64,000 nt of DNA. Origin: a virus. This document shows, in pieces, positions 18,939-28,325 of the stretch (positions within the stretch are counted from its first letter, which is position 1; each line of letters starts with the position of its first letter). Position numbers and translations under genes: made by a program. The stretch is taken from the IMG/VR virus record IMGVR_UViG_3300012663_000801, positions 1-64,000 of that record. One strand, written 5' to 3'. The notes under the pieces are model-generated. The model was not told where the DNA came from. It searched no databases and saw only the letters and a program-made list of their open reading frames with translations.

Positions 18939-19427
18939 ATGCATAAAATATTCAATCCTATCAATTTACTAAATCAGGACGTTCGGATTTCTTATCACCC
19001 TGATGATTTCGGCGAAGATGCCAAAGTAATTGAAATCGAATCCAGAAATAATGAAAGAACTTTTGAGATCGTATTTTCGAATTATCCCGAGCTTGAAGAT
19101 GATGAAAGATTCATTTGGACAACGCAAGAACCATATGAAATCGTTGGCGATAAAGCAGTCTTTTCGGATATCGGGCACATGCGAAGAATCTACTTGCAAT
19201 GTAAAAAACTAGAATATACTGAAGAAGTAACAAGCGAAACAAATAATATGAAAACAACTGTTAAGGAATTGAGCGAAAAGCTGGGTGTTGATGTTGTCTA
19301 TGTGAATGGATTCATCCAAACGCTCATCAAGATTGGCAAGGCTGAAGTTATTGGCAAGACCGAAAGGCCCGCTGGTAGTCGAGGAAAGCCATCGAATATC
19401 TATCAGATTGCTGAAGGCATTCTGTGA
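18939..19427 (+). CDS. hypothetical protein; C-terminal HTH-like part may start separately at 19248
   Basis: internal repeat at ~19203; TVKELSEKLGV...RGKPSNIY. Confidence 0.6.
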   Translation: MHKIFNPINLLNQDVRISYHPDDFGEDAKVIEIESRNNERTFEIVFSNYPELEDDERFIWTTQEPYEIVGDKAVFSDIGHMRRIYLQCKKLEYTEEVTSETNNMKTTVKELSEKLGVDVVYVNGFIQTLIKIGKAEVIGKTERPAGSRGKPSNIYQIAEGIL

Positions 19428-19540
19428 GAGGGTTGCAGCATGGGCTTGGTCCGTCTCATGCTCTTGAACAGCGTCCAAGGATGTCCAAAATCCTAAAAGT
19501 CAACGGACCTCCAATTTAAAAACTAGGCTACCATCGTGCC

Positions 19541-19894
19541 ATGCTTAAAGAAACTTTATTTGAACTTTTCGGTGAACTTGATACGGTTCACGAATTGGAT
19601 GAATCTGGTTATGGTTACTATACAACCGACGATTTTATCATCTGTGTTAGTGAACGTCATGGCTTTTACCTTGTCTCTGTAGACTTGAGAGGTGTTTTCA
19701 ACAAGACCTCACAATGTCCCATTCACTTTGAAATCTCTTCCTATAAGGAACTTTCCAAGCGCAAGAAGAATCGAATTCGTGAAGCCACAAGGTTCCTTCT
19801 TGCCAATCGAAAAATTGCTGGAGAATTTTTCGGTGAAATGGATGGTTTCGATGACCTGAGTTCCAGTGCCCGAGATCAATTCTACTCCTATTAA
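19541..19894 (+). CDS. hypothetical protein
   Basis: repeat-bounded ORF. Confidence 0.7.
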   Translation: MLKETLFELFGELDTVHELDESGYGYYTTDDFIICVSERHGFYLVSVDLRGVFNKTSQCPIHFEISSYKELSKRKKNRIREATRFLLANRKIAGEFFGEMDGFDDLSSSARDQFYSY

Positions 19895-19915
19895 AAACTA
19901 AACAATAATCGGCCC

Positions 19916-20185
19916 ATGCAGAAACGCTACTACATGTTCATCCCCTTGGATATTGACAAAGACAAATCTTCACGCTTCGTCGTCGAGACTGATGGCATTC
20001 CTGAAAGGGATCTGTTCTTTGGCAAGGTCGTTGCAAGGAATCATAAAGCATATTACTACCTTGGACAGGAATCCTCCGATTGGTGCAATCCAATTGCCGA
20101 TCTGAGACATGGACATAAGCCATCTTTCATTCCAATCAATAAGGATGAAGTGGAGGAGAAGTTTGAGGAAGTTAATTTCATTTAA
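19916..20185 (+). CDS. hypothetical protein
   Basis: repeat-led ORF. Confidence 0.7.
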   Translation: MQKRYYMFIPLDIDKDKSSRFVVETDGIPERDLFFGKVVARNHKAYYYLGQESSDWCNPIADLRHGHKPSFIPINKDEVEEKFEEVNFI

Positions 20186-20191
20186 AAAATC

Positions 20192-20449
20192 ATGAAAAGA
20201 GAAGTCGCAGAAATGATTGTTGATCAACCTATTTTTGTTGAAGATGGTGATAATGTATATTTTCCTAAAAATGGAATGTGTTTTCATAAATCATTCTCGG
20301 AAAAATACAATGGCATGACCTTCATTCAAGCTAGGACTATTCTGCGGAAGTATTACACTCATGGTCAACAAGACAGTATCATCCATTATCTGAAAAAAAG
20401 TGGTGTTGTGAAAGCACCAATTAAAAACTACGCTACCATTCAGGCATGA
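20192..20449 (+). CDS. hypothetical protein
   Basis: ORF in run. Confidence 0.6.
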   Translation: MKREVAEMIVDQPIFVEDGDNVYFPKNGMCFHKSFSEKYNGMTFIQARTILRKYYTHGQQDSIIHYLKKSGVVKAPIKNYATIQA

Positions 20450-20564
20450 TCGCTTACGTGGAAAATGAATTCATCCTGAAGAATTCCACCGAGCGTCAAA
20501 AAATCGATTAAAAACTACGATACAATCGGGGCACACCACAAACCAACACAACTAAACAAAATAT

Positions 20565-21599
20565 ATGGCACACGAAATTGAAATCGGAACTGATCGCGTC
20601 ATCACCTTCGGAGACCGTGCATGGCACAAGCTCGACGAGAACCATCAGATCCCTCTCACAAGGGAGATCATCAAGCCTCTGTTCATTCCCTATCTGGATG
20701 GACAGGCTAACGTCAACATCGATGGAGTAGAAGTCCCGCTGGAAGGCTGGAAGACCATCGTTGCTGATCTTCGTGATATCGAAGACATTGAAGGCGATTT
20801 CCGCCCGGTGCATGTTGCATCTGACAAGTATGAAATCCTTCAGAATGAGGTGCTTTTCGATGCTCTTCAGGAATCTCTGAACGGTATCAATTACAAGATC
20901 GTTTCCGCTGGAACTCTGTCGGGTCTGAAGAACTTCTTCGTCTCTGTTGAATTCGATAACGATTCGAATATCAAGCTTCCTGATGGAAGTGAGTGCAAGG
21001 CATTCTTCTCTCTGTTCACCTCACACGATGGCACTAAGAATGCATCGTATTACGATACGACTCACCGGACTGTCTGTATGAACACCGTTCGTTCATCTTA
21101 TTCGTCACGGGGTAATCAGGGATTCAATATCGCTCACACCAAGAACGCCAGCGTCCGTATCACGAACATGGCACAGATTGTGAACAATACTCTCCTTGGT
21201 CGTCGTGCCTTCGAGGAAAAGATGGCGGAATTGTTCTCGGTCGAATGTGACCTGTCGAAGGCTGAACGCTTTGTTGCTGGCTTCTTGGCAGACAAGACCA
21301 AGGCTGAAGAGAAGCTCTCCACCCGCTCCTTCAATCAGATGAGTGAAATCGTGTCTCTGGCATGGAATGGTGCTGGTAATCGTGGCGGGAACATGTTCTA
21401 CCTTGCACAAGGTGCAACTGAGTATTGGACCCGTGGAAATGGCACTGGTGGCGCAAACAAGGATCTTGGGCGCAAGGCATTCTCCTCCGAATTCGGACTT
21501 GGAATGGACAACAAGTGCAATTTCCTCGCTGCTCTTAGCAATCCAGCACAACGCGACAAGCTTATCCAGCGGGGTGATCTGGTCCTTAGCAATAACTAA
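20565..21599 (+). CDS. DUF932-family phage/plasmid protein
   Basis: MAHEI..AWHKL, YEILQN, SHDG, RTVCMNT, HTKNA. Confidence 0.85.
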   Translation: MAHEIEIGTDRVITFGDRAWHKLDENHQIPLTREIIKPLFIPYLDGQANVNIDGVEVPLEGWKTIVADLRDIEDIEGDFRPVHVASDKYEILQNEVLFDALQESLNGINYKIVSAGTLSGLKNFFVSVEFDNDSNIKLPDGSECKAFFSLFTSHDGTKNASYYDTTHRTVCMNTVRSSYSSRGNQGFNIAHTKNASVRITNMAQIVNNTLLGRRAFEEKMAELFSVECDLSKAERFVAGFLADKTKAEEKLSTRSFNQMSEIVSLAWNGAGNRGGNMFYLAQGATEYWTRGNGTGGANKDLGRKAFSSEFGLGMDNKCNFLAALSNPAQRDKLIQRGDLVLSNN

Positions 21600-21609
21600 G
21601 GGATAAATT

Positions 21610-21644
21610 TGGGGGAGGAGGATTCGAATCCCCCTCCCCCTTTT
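21610..21644 (+). terminator. intrinsic terminator-like hairpin
   Basis: GGGGGAGG...CCTCCCCC followed by TTTT. Confidence 0.6.
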
Positions 21645-21667
21645 AACTACATTGAAGAAAAAATAGA

Positions 21668-21934
21668 ATGGATACAAAAACAGAATTGAGAAAAATTGGC
21701 GGTGAAAAATTTTTAAATGAAAAAGATTTAAAGGATTTTGGGAAAGCAGAAAAGAAAATATACGAATTGATGTGTGATCTCGAATGGCATTCTGCCACTG
21801 AGATAATTAGTATTAGTGGGCAAAGAGAAGGATTGAGAAGACTCCGAACACTTAGAGACAAAGGACTAACAATAGAAACTAAAAGAGAACCTGAAAGTAG
21901 GGATTTCTCATATAAGATGTCCTTCAATGTTTGA
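21668..21934 (+). CDS. winged-helix-like protein
   Basis: WHSATEI..GLRRLRTLRDKGLTIE. Confidence 0.6.
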   Translation: MDTKTELRKIGGEKFLNEKDLKDFGKAEKKIYELMCDLEWHSATEIISISGQREGLRRLRTLRDKGLTIETKREPESRDFSYKMSFNV

Positions 21935-21970
21935 AATAAAGTTTCATAAAAACTAAATCAAAATTACAGC

Positions 21971-22357
21971 ATGCAAGAGTCAAGAATGTATTTCTTTGTC
22001 ATGAGACAATTAAACGGCTTAAATAAGGGAATCCAAGCGGGTCATGCCGCTGTTGAGTATGGTTTGAAACACGGTAAAAAGAAGGCATACAAGAACTTCG
22101 CACAACATCACAAGACGTTCATCGTATTGGATGGTGGTGGTTCGGAAGACATGAAGTCACGCATGGTGGAACTTGTGTGTTTCAAAGTTGATCATGCTCC
22201 TTTCTATGAACCTGATCTGAATAACTCACTGTCTGCCATCGCTTTTATCGTTCCTGAAAGTATCTACGGTATGGATATTAAAGGATTGGATGATACACAC
22301 ACAAAAGAAATCGAATTTGCTCGGTATCTCAAATCTTTCAAATTGGCAAGCAACTGA
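21971..22357 (+). CDS. peptidyl-tRNA hydrolase (PTH2)-like phage protein
   Basis: GIQAGHA, KTFIVLDGG, FYEPDLNNSLSAIA. Confidence 0.65.
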   Translation: MQESRMYFFVMRQLNGLNKGIQAGHAAVEYGLKHGKKKAYKNFAQHHKTFIVLDGGGSEDMKSRMVELVCFKVDHAPFYEPDLNNSLSAIAFIVPESIYGMDIKGLDDTHTKEIEFARYLKSFKLASN

Positions 22358-22396
22358 GAAGCGACCACAAAATAAAAACTACAATAAACTACTGGC

Positions 22397-22888
22397 ATGT
22401 CGAACACAACCACACAATCGCTGACCGCTGAAGAAATCCTGAACCGCATCCTCAATAGCAGGGGCCAGTTTGTCAAAGCGGTCTGGAAGTCCAATCCATC
22501 CCCTGCTGCTGCCCACAAGAAGGCTGGTGTGCTTCTCGAAAAGCATACGAGTGCAGTCTGTCGCGCCGGAATCAATTTCGCCAATCTCTCCTCCGTTCAA
22601 GAGGGTATTGCGAATGGTGAGCGTGGTCCGGTGCAGGAACTGCCATGGGGTGAGTGGAAGAGTTTCCCCTACATCATCACCCACAAGGAAACTGAATATG
22701 TTCGCCTGTATCCAACGGATACTCGCTGCGAGACTATCTACTTCGTCAATGGTGAGAAGGTGGACAAGGACACCTTCACAAGCTATCTGACTCCATCGGA
22801 AGCAGCCAAGCTTTCCTCCGGTGAAAAGCCTGAGTGCTTCACCATCAAGCGTGAAAACATCCTTGCCACTGAAGACTTCGGTGGTTAA
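22397..22888 (+). CDS. hypothetical phage protein
   Basis: repeat-led; LPWGEW motif. Confidence 0.75.
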   Translation: MSNTTTQSLTAEEILNRILNSRGQFVKAVWKSNPSPAAAHKKAGVLLEKHTSAVCRAGINFANLSSVQEGIANGERGPVQELPWGEWKSFPYIITHKETEYVRLYPTDTRCETIYFVNGEKVDKDTFTSYLTPSEAAKLSSGEKPECFTIKRENILATEDFGG

Positions 22889-22926
22889 TCAATCTCAATA
22901 ACATAACACAAACACAACACAAACGC

Positions 22927-23166
22927 ATGAATAACAAACTGAACTGCTGTGCCTATAACATCACCCGTCCTGATCGTCGCAAGAATCGTGGTTGGATCAA
23001 TAGGGGTGCCACTGAAACTCTCGATGCCAATCGAAAGGGTATTGAAACGCTTCGTCAGCGTGGATTCAGTTGGGGACAGATCCATCGTGTTCTTGAGCGT
23101 ATGGGAGTCGATATTGAACTCAACAATCTCTATCAGTGGAAGTTGAGCCGATTCGATAAGCGTTAA
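22927..23166 (+). CDS. small HTH-like protein
   Basis: LRQRGFSWGQIHRVL. Confidence 0.55.
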   Translation: MNNKLNCCAYNITRPDRRKNRGWINRGATETLDANRKGIETLRQRGFSWGQIHRVLERMGVDIELNNLYQWKLSRFDKR

Positions 23167-23246
23167 TTTTACATTTCGATTCCATGTCCCCTCCCTTTAA
23201 TCGGGGAGGGGATTTACTTCTTTAAAAACTAGACTAAAATTCCCTC

Positions 23247-23570
23247 ATGCACACTCCTGAAGCCATTCGAATCCTGAAGAAAAGGTTGAGCTACATCCAT
23301 TCGATTGAACCGATTGGTAAGAATCTCTACAAAGTCAAGTATGCTGCATGGATTATCGATGATGAGGATATGACCTCTCGTCAATTGATCAAATGGGCTA
23401 AGGTGCATACCGCAGACAGTAAACAGAATACTGCGATTAAAAGTAATATCAAACATTACGATCACCATAAAAATCGCACTGCGACAAGGGATGCCATCAA
23501 GACCGAAAATTTCGACATCATTCCACAGGGTAACAAAGTGGTTGCCGAGAATCCTTGGAACTGGGACTGA
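23247..23570 (+). CDS. hypothetical protein
   Basis: repeat-bounded ORF. Confidence 0.7.
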   Translation: MHTPEAIRILKKRLSYIHSIEPIGKNLYKVKYAAWIIDDEDMTSRQLIKWAKVHTADSKQNTAIKSNIKHYDHHKNRTATRDAIKTENFDIIPQGNKVVAENPWNWD

Positions 23571-23594
23571 TAAAAACTACACCAAAATACTGCC

Positions 23595-23834
23595 ATGCGA
23601 AACGAGATAATTACAAAAGAGTTTGGAAAATACTTCGTCACACTTGAAATGTTTGAGGAAGATGGCGAACAACGAGCATTCTGCGACATTGAAAACACTG
23701 CCACATCGGCAGCAGCATCACTAGGTCTTGCTCAAGATTCGGGCTGTCTTTATACTCTACATGGTGATGAGGAAGCAATTTCCGAGAGAATCACATCTCA
23801 AATCGAAAAATGGGCAATCGCCAATGGCTATTGA
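23595..23834 (+). CDS. hypothetical protein
   Basis: repeat-bounded ORF. Confidence 0.7.
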   Translation: MRNEIITKEFGKYFVTLEMFEEDGEQRAFCDIENTATSAAASLGLAQDSGCLYTLHGDEEAISERITSQIEKWAIANGY

Positions 23835-23861
23835 ATTTAAAAACTAATCCAAAATACTGCC

Positions 23862-24104
23862 ATGGAAACTCTCGACGATATCCAACCACAACCTTATAAA
23901 TCTCAAGGTGTTGTTCTAATTGATAATCAATTAGTTCCGGTTTATTGTCGAACTTTTGAATTCTCTAAAAAGGCAGCAAGGGATCATTTTGTTTCTACCC
24001 ATGAAAAGGAATGTATCTCTGTTTACAAATGGTCATCCATTCGTGGAAAAAAAGGCTATAAATTCGAAGTGCATTTTGCATCCATGTATACCCACCGGGA
24101 TTAA
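23862..24104 (+). CDS. hypothetical protein
   Basis: repeat-bounded ORF. Confidence 0.7.
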   Translation: METLDDIQPQPYKSQGVVLIDNQLVPVYCRTFEFSKKAARDHFVSTHEKECISVYKWSSIRGKKGYKFEVHFASMYTHRD

Positions 24105-24125
24105 AAACTAGAATAAAATCTGATC

Positions 24126-24887
24126 ATGCAAGACAATCTGGCAACCATCGCTAAAGCATTCCGTCACAATTCTGGCAAACACTTTCTTGATAGTGGAGAC
24201 TATTATGGTCGCCACTATGACAAGCCACCGATCACAGAACAGACTCCTCTGGTTTCCATTGAAACTTGGGGTAATAGTGAAGTCAATGCGACAATCGACA
24301 CTGCTCGTTTCCTCGATGAAACATGTGAAGTGGATTCGGAAATTCAATCCAATTTTGATGCATGGGCGGCACTGGAAGAGAATTCTGAACTTAATTGGTT
24401 TGAAGCAGGAGAAACCTTCGCCACTGAAATTCTTGGATTGAAACAACTCGCAAGGGACAATACATACAACGGGGAGAACGATCTATCTCAAACGTATGTC
24501 TGGGAAGTCTATGCTGGTGAAGACGATGGCGATTGGATTTACAATGACGATGCTCTGATGGTCGTCTATGCTCACACGGGCTGCGATGTGAGGGGTGGCT
24601 ATGCTTACCCACTGTTCCTACGCCACCAAGGGGATTATTCGATTCCTGTTGATCTGGTGGCCGAATTCGGCATTGTCGAGGGTCGTCGTGATGGTGAGGA
24701 ATTGAGTCGTGAGGAATGCCAAGAACTGGATGAGGAATGGCAGTGTGGCTATTCATCCAATCCATCGTATCAGATGTCCAAACAGATTGAGCGTATCTTT
24801 GGATTCACGAAAACGGTGGACACTGTGGTCGTGAAGCTGAAGAGCGGCGAGATCGTGAAGATCGCAGCAGGAGCAAGAACCTACTGA
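24126..24887 (+). CDS. hypothetical phage protein
   Basis: HFLDSG.YYGR, NTYNGENDLSQ, HTGCDVRGGY. Confidence 0.8.
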   Translation: MQDNLATIAKAFRHNSGKHFLDSGDYYGRHYDKPPITEQTPLVSIETWGNSEVNATIDTARFLDETCEVDSEIQSNFDAWAALEENSELNWFEAGETFATEILGLKQLARDNTYNGENDLSQTYVWEVYAGEDDGDWIYNDDALMVVYAHTGCDVRGGYAYPLFLRHQGDYSIPVDLVAEFGIVEGRRDGEELSREECQELDEEWQCGYSSNPSYQMSKQIERIFGFTKTVDTVVVKLKSGEIVKIAAGARTY

Positions 24888-24911
24888 TAAAAACTACACT
24901 ACAATCAAGGC

Positions 24912-25109
24912 ATGATGAAGATCGTCAAACTGGACATGGAACATGTCAACAAAGGCACTCTCACCCATGAATTACCGCTTGTCTTCAAGGGTAGTAAGAA
25001 ACGGTGTGAAGGTATCTTGAAAAGATTTGAATTCGAAAAAGATACCAATCTTTATGGTGGCTATTGGGTGGATAAAGATGGAACTTGTTACTTCATCATC
25101 CCTCTCTGA
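24912..25109 (+). CDS. hypothetical protein
   Basis: repeat-bounded ORF. Confidence 0.65.
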   Translation: MMKIVKLDMEHVNKGTLTHELPLVFKGSKKRCEGILKRFEFEKDTNLYGGYWVDKDGTCYFIIPL

Positions 25110-25135
25110 TAAAAACTACACTATAATCAAAGCAG

Positions 25136-25300
25136 ATGACAAGAGACGAACTACTACCAATCATGCATGCGATGGGCACCTACGGAGGCAGCTTCGCGAA
25201 GAGCCTTTCACAAGCCATGCTGCTCGCAGATCCCGACAATCTCCAGCGGATTGTGAATGCCTTTCCTGAACTGATCGAAAAATACAAAGAATACGTTTAA
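25136..25300 (+). CDS. 54-aa hypothetical protein (below ORF-track cutoff)
   Basis: MTRDELLPIMHAMGTYGGSF...; repeat-bounded. Confidence 0.65.
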   Translation: MTRDELLPIMHAMGTYGGSFAKSLSQAMLLADPDNLQRIVNAFPELIEKYKEYV

Positions 25301-25467
25301 AAACTAAAATACAATTACACCATGAAATACATCCTCAAAGTCTGGAACTTCTTTTTCCCACCACCAACTCCTACTTACGGTTGGAACATCTTCCGCCAGA
25401 AGTCTTGGCTGGAAAAGCAAGTCAATGAAGAACTCATCAAACGCCGGGAACGGAACTATTGAATCTT

Positions 25468-25782
25468 ATGAGCGAAGTGAAAGACATCACTGAACAGGAA
25501 ATCATCGATTTCATCAAATCCCAACCTGATGATCGAAAAGTCGATTTCGTCGATAACTTGTCTCACGATAAGTGTGGTTGTGTAATGGTTCATTATGGGC
25601 GAGATGTTTTGAATCTTAAAGATTTCGCCTGTTCTTATTTGACCATTAAATCATATCCAAATGAAAAAGAACATGTCGAAGCATCTCTCGAAAAGAACAT
25701 CAAGGAAATCGTCGGCCTTGAAACATGGCATCGTCAACCAGAAACTTATGGCGAACTGAAGCAACTGATGGGCCTGAACTGA
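25468..25782 (+). CDS. CGCVMVHYG family paralog 1
   Basis: tandem paralog of next gene. Confidence 0.75.
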   Translation: MSEVKDITEQEIIDFIKSQPDDRKVDFVDNLSHDKCGCVMVHYGRDVLNLKDFACSYLTIKSYPNEKEHVEASLEKNIKEIVGLETWHRQPETYGELKQLMGLN

Positions 25783-25807
25783 ATAAAAACTACAATACAA
25801 TAATCAC

Positions 25808-26119
25808 ATGAAGAAAATCACCAAACAGCAAATCATTGATTTCATCAAATCCCAGCCTAATGATCGCGAAGTCAATATGCAGGGTCCAAATTCCGACCAT
25901 GAATGCGGCTGTGTAATGGTCCATTATGGTAAAGATGTTTTGAATATGAGAAATGTTTCCTGTGGTTACTACGATTTCATCTCATTCTTTGAAGATGGAA
26001 GCGGACACAGTGTTGATGCAACTCTGGAAGAAAGCATCGATAACATCGTGGGCGAGTCGGTATGGGGTCAGAAGGGGAAGATTACATACGGTGAGGTCAA
26101 GGAACTTATGGGGTTGTGA
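25808..26119 (+). CDS. CGCVMVHYG family paralog 2
   Basis: IIDFIKSQP..CGCVMVHYG..TYGE.K.LMGL shared. Confidence 0.75.
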   Translation: MKKITKQQIIDFIKSQPNDREVNMQGPNSDHECGCVMVHYGKDVLNMRNVSCGYYDFISFFEDGSGHSVDATLEESIDNIVGESVWGQKGKITYGEVKELMGL

Positions 26120-26166
26120 ATCTCCCTATAGACTTTTGAAGAAAGCGTTGTAAGTATTATCATACT

Positions 26167-26394
26167 ATGAATGATATCGCACTAGACTTTATAAAGAATC
26201 TCCCTGTTTATCAGGATTCCGATCATTTGAAATGTCTGTGTGAGCTTTTATCAGATCCTAGACATGATGTGAAAGATGCGTCATATCTATTTCAGCATGA
26301 CCGTAATGATTATTATATCATTGTGAAAAGTAAGCAAGTCATCTCAATTGTAAAAAATAATCCTTATCAAGGTGGTGTGATTTGGGCGCAATAA
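26167..26394 (+). CDS. hypothetical protein
   Basis: ORF before tRNA cluster. Confidence 0.55.
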   Translation: MNDIALDFIKNLPVYQDSDHLKCLCELLSDPRHDVKDASYLFQHDRNDYYIIVKSKQVISIVKNNPYQGGVIWAQ

Positions 26395-26399
26395 AATCT

Positions 26400-26475
26400 G
26401 GATGCAATCGTCTAAGCGTAAGGACACTGACCATTCCGCGTCAGAAATGGGGCATTGACAATCCTCTTGCATTCT
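26400..26475 (+). pseudogene. degenerate tRNA-Glu-like element
   Basis: acceptor GGATGCA/TGCATTC, D arm GTCT/GGAC, stem CTGAC/GTCAG with 8-nt loop, no GTTCGA. Confidence 0.5.
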
Positions 26476-26482
26476 ATAATTT

Positions 26483-26558
26483 GTCTCCTTAGTTAAGTTG
26501 GATATAACAGGAACCTTCTAAGTTCTAATCCCCCGTTCGATCCGGGGAGGGGACACCA
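26483..26558 (+). tRNA. tRNA-Arg(UCU)
   Basis: cloverleaf, loop CTTCTAA, CCA end. Confidence 0.9.
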
Positions 26559-26572
26559 TTCAATTTTCATAA

Positions 26573-26647
26573 GTGCTTGAAGCTCAATGACCGAGCGGCG
26601 GTCTCATAAACCGTAGGAAGCTGGTTTGATTCCAGTCGGGCACACCA
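26573..26647 (+). tRNA. tRNA with CAU anticodon (elongator Met or Ile2)
   Basis: loop CTCATAA, CCA end. Confidence 0.8.
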
Positions 26648-26679
26648 CTCTCTTTTAAAAACTACAATACAATCAAAGC

Positions 26680-26853
26680 ATGATCGAAACGATTGACATC
26701 ACCCCGACTTGGGAATCATTGGTTCTGACCCTCGCCAGCCTTTATACTGATGGCACCACCTTTGAATCCCGAAAGATCGCAGAAGAGGAACTGTTGAGGA
26801 TGGCGAAGATCGCTGACATTCTGGTGGAAGAGAGGAAGGCACGAAAAAACTAA
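26680..26853 (+). CDS. 57-aa hypothetical protein
   Basis: MIETIDITPTW...; ends KN* inside repeat. Confidence 0.65.
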   Translation: MIETIDITPTWESLVLTLASLYTDGTTFESRKIAEEELLRMAKIADILVEERKARKN

Positions 26854-26866
26854 GGTATAATTCAAA

Positions 26867-26940
26867 CGTCCAGTAGCTCAGTTGGTTAGAGCGGGTTCTT
26901 TATAAGGGCCGGGTCAGGGGTTCGAGTCCCCTCTGGACAA
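26867..26940 (+). tRNA. tRNA-Ile(UAU)
   Basis: loop TTTATAA, canonical D and T arms, no encoded CCA. Confidence 0.8.
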
Positions 26941-26987
26941 CTTTCAAAATAAAATCACATCATGGGAACACTCTGAAAATAAAAAAT

Positions 26988-27277
26988 GGCCATGTGGCGG
27001 AATTGGTAGACGCCGCAGACTTAGAAGAAATTGAGCCTCATTTGAGAAATCTTATGAGTGTAACCTGTCAAATTCGGGGAAGGCTTTAAAATGCTAATCC
27101 CGAGCCAAGCCTTAGCAATAAGGAAGGTGTAGAGACTAGACGGCAGGAACCTAAAATCGAAAGATTATGGTTAAGGGATAGTCCAGACTACAAACGTAAA
27201 AGGTAATGAAAATTATAGTAGTAAGAAAATCTGTTGCCCCTTTGGGCGTCCCGGTTCGAGTCCGGGCGTGGCCACCA
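26988..27277 (+). tRNA. tRNA-Leu(UAA) interrupted by group I intron
   Basis: exon1 26988-27022 ends GACTT; exon2 27226-27277 starts AAAATCTG, long variable arm, CCA. Confidence 0.9.
27023..27225 (+). mobile_element. ORF-less group I intron (trnL-UAA/IC3-like)
   Basis: AATTGAGCC start, AAATTCGGGGAA, AATCCCGAGC, GTAGAGACTAGACGG, AGGGATAGTCC core elements; terminal G. Confidence 0.9.
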
Positions 27278-27290
27278 TTTTGTAAAAATA

Positions 27291-27725
27291 TTACACAATA
27301 TCACGTTTTCTATTTCTAAAAGTAGGCGTTAAGGAATGACAATTCGCACACAACAATCTAAGATTTTCAATTTTGTTATTGGTTCTATCACCATCAATAT
27401 GGTCTAATTCTATTGGAATCATTTGTCCCATCCATTCTTCAAGATTACAATGCTCGCATTTATGACCTCGTTCTTTGATAAGGTGTGGTTTCAAATTTGA
27501 TCCTCTGGTGTATTGATCCCAATCTTTAAGTTTAGCATCTTTATTCCAACCTTGCCCGGTCCAATGTTCTGTATTCACATTTAATCTTTGGAGATTTCGT
27601 TTGATGTTATCAAAATTACCTCCTGCTTTTCTCAACTTTAATTTATCCAATAAACCTGATATGCTTTTAACTTCTTTGGCGTAATTAATAATATCTTCAT
27701 CTGTGTAAGCTCTGTATGCTCTCAT
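27291..27725 (-). CDS. HNH endonuclease
   Basis: CEHC, ELDHIDGDRTNNKIENLRLLCANCH; TAAATA upstream. Confidence 0.9.
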   Translation of the reverse strand: MRAYRAYTDEDIINYAKEVKSISGLLDKLKLRKAGGNFDNIKRNLQRLNVNTEHWTGQGWNKDAKLKDWDQYTRGSNLKPHLIKERGHKCEHCNLEEWMGQMIPIELDHIDGDRTNNKIENLRLLCANCHSLTPTFRNRKRDIV

Positions 27726-27820
27726 ATTAGTATTTAGTAGACACGGCAGTAAATACTAGAGCGTTTACCATTTAAAAAATAAAAACTAGAATATAATCGT
27801 AGCATAATAAAAAAACAAAC

Positions 27821-27902
27821 GGCGTTGTGGTGGAACTGGTAGACACGGCTGTTTCAAACGCAGTTACCTTCGGGTGTGCAGGTTCGAGTCCTGTCAACGC
27901 TA
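27821..27902 (+). tRNA. tRNA-Leu(CAA)
   Basis: loop TTCAAAC, long variable arm, no encoded CCA. Confidence 0.75.
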
Positions 27903-27929
27903 TCTTCTTAAAATAAAATAAAATGAAAT

Positions 27930-28301
27930 ATGCAATTCAATAATACATTTGAATTCCCTTCTTGGGTGAAAAGCTATCACGAAACAATCGGGCATTATCC
28001 CGAAGGATGGCAAGAAATCGCCAATCGACTCTTCGAAAAGGCTGAAGAAGTCTCCAACAAATGGCGTGGTGTTGGTGTGAAGGATTTGCCTTTCTATCAA
28101 CCTGAGATCGACATGAAAATGGGTGCTGATGTCGATAATTACGAAACCCATCCTGTCTATTGCGCCAACAAGGGTTCCCGGCCTTCAGAGTGGGATCATC
28201 TTTATGATTCAAAGGATCGCTATAATTTCTCAAGGATCGGTAATTTCGAGGAAGCCAAGATCGGCGAATGGTATCTGATTCTTGGATTCGATTTCGATTG
28301 A
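27930..28301 (+). CDS. hypothetical protein
   Basis: ORF ending at repeat. Confidence 0.7.
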   Translation: MQFNNTFEFPSWVKSYHETIGHYPEGWQEIANRLFEKAEEVSNKWRGVGVKDLPFYQPEIDMKMGADVDNYETHPVYCANKGSRPSEWDHLYDSKDRYNFSRIGNFEEAKIGEWYLILGFDFD

Positions 28302-28325
28302 TAAAAACTACAGTAACATCACGAC

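Noticed and set aside
27821-27902. tRNA-Sec or UGA suppressor (TTCAAA)
   Set aside because: Stem register gives loop TTCAAAC, anticodon CAA, with Leu-type D arm and discriminator A
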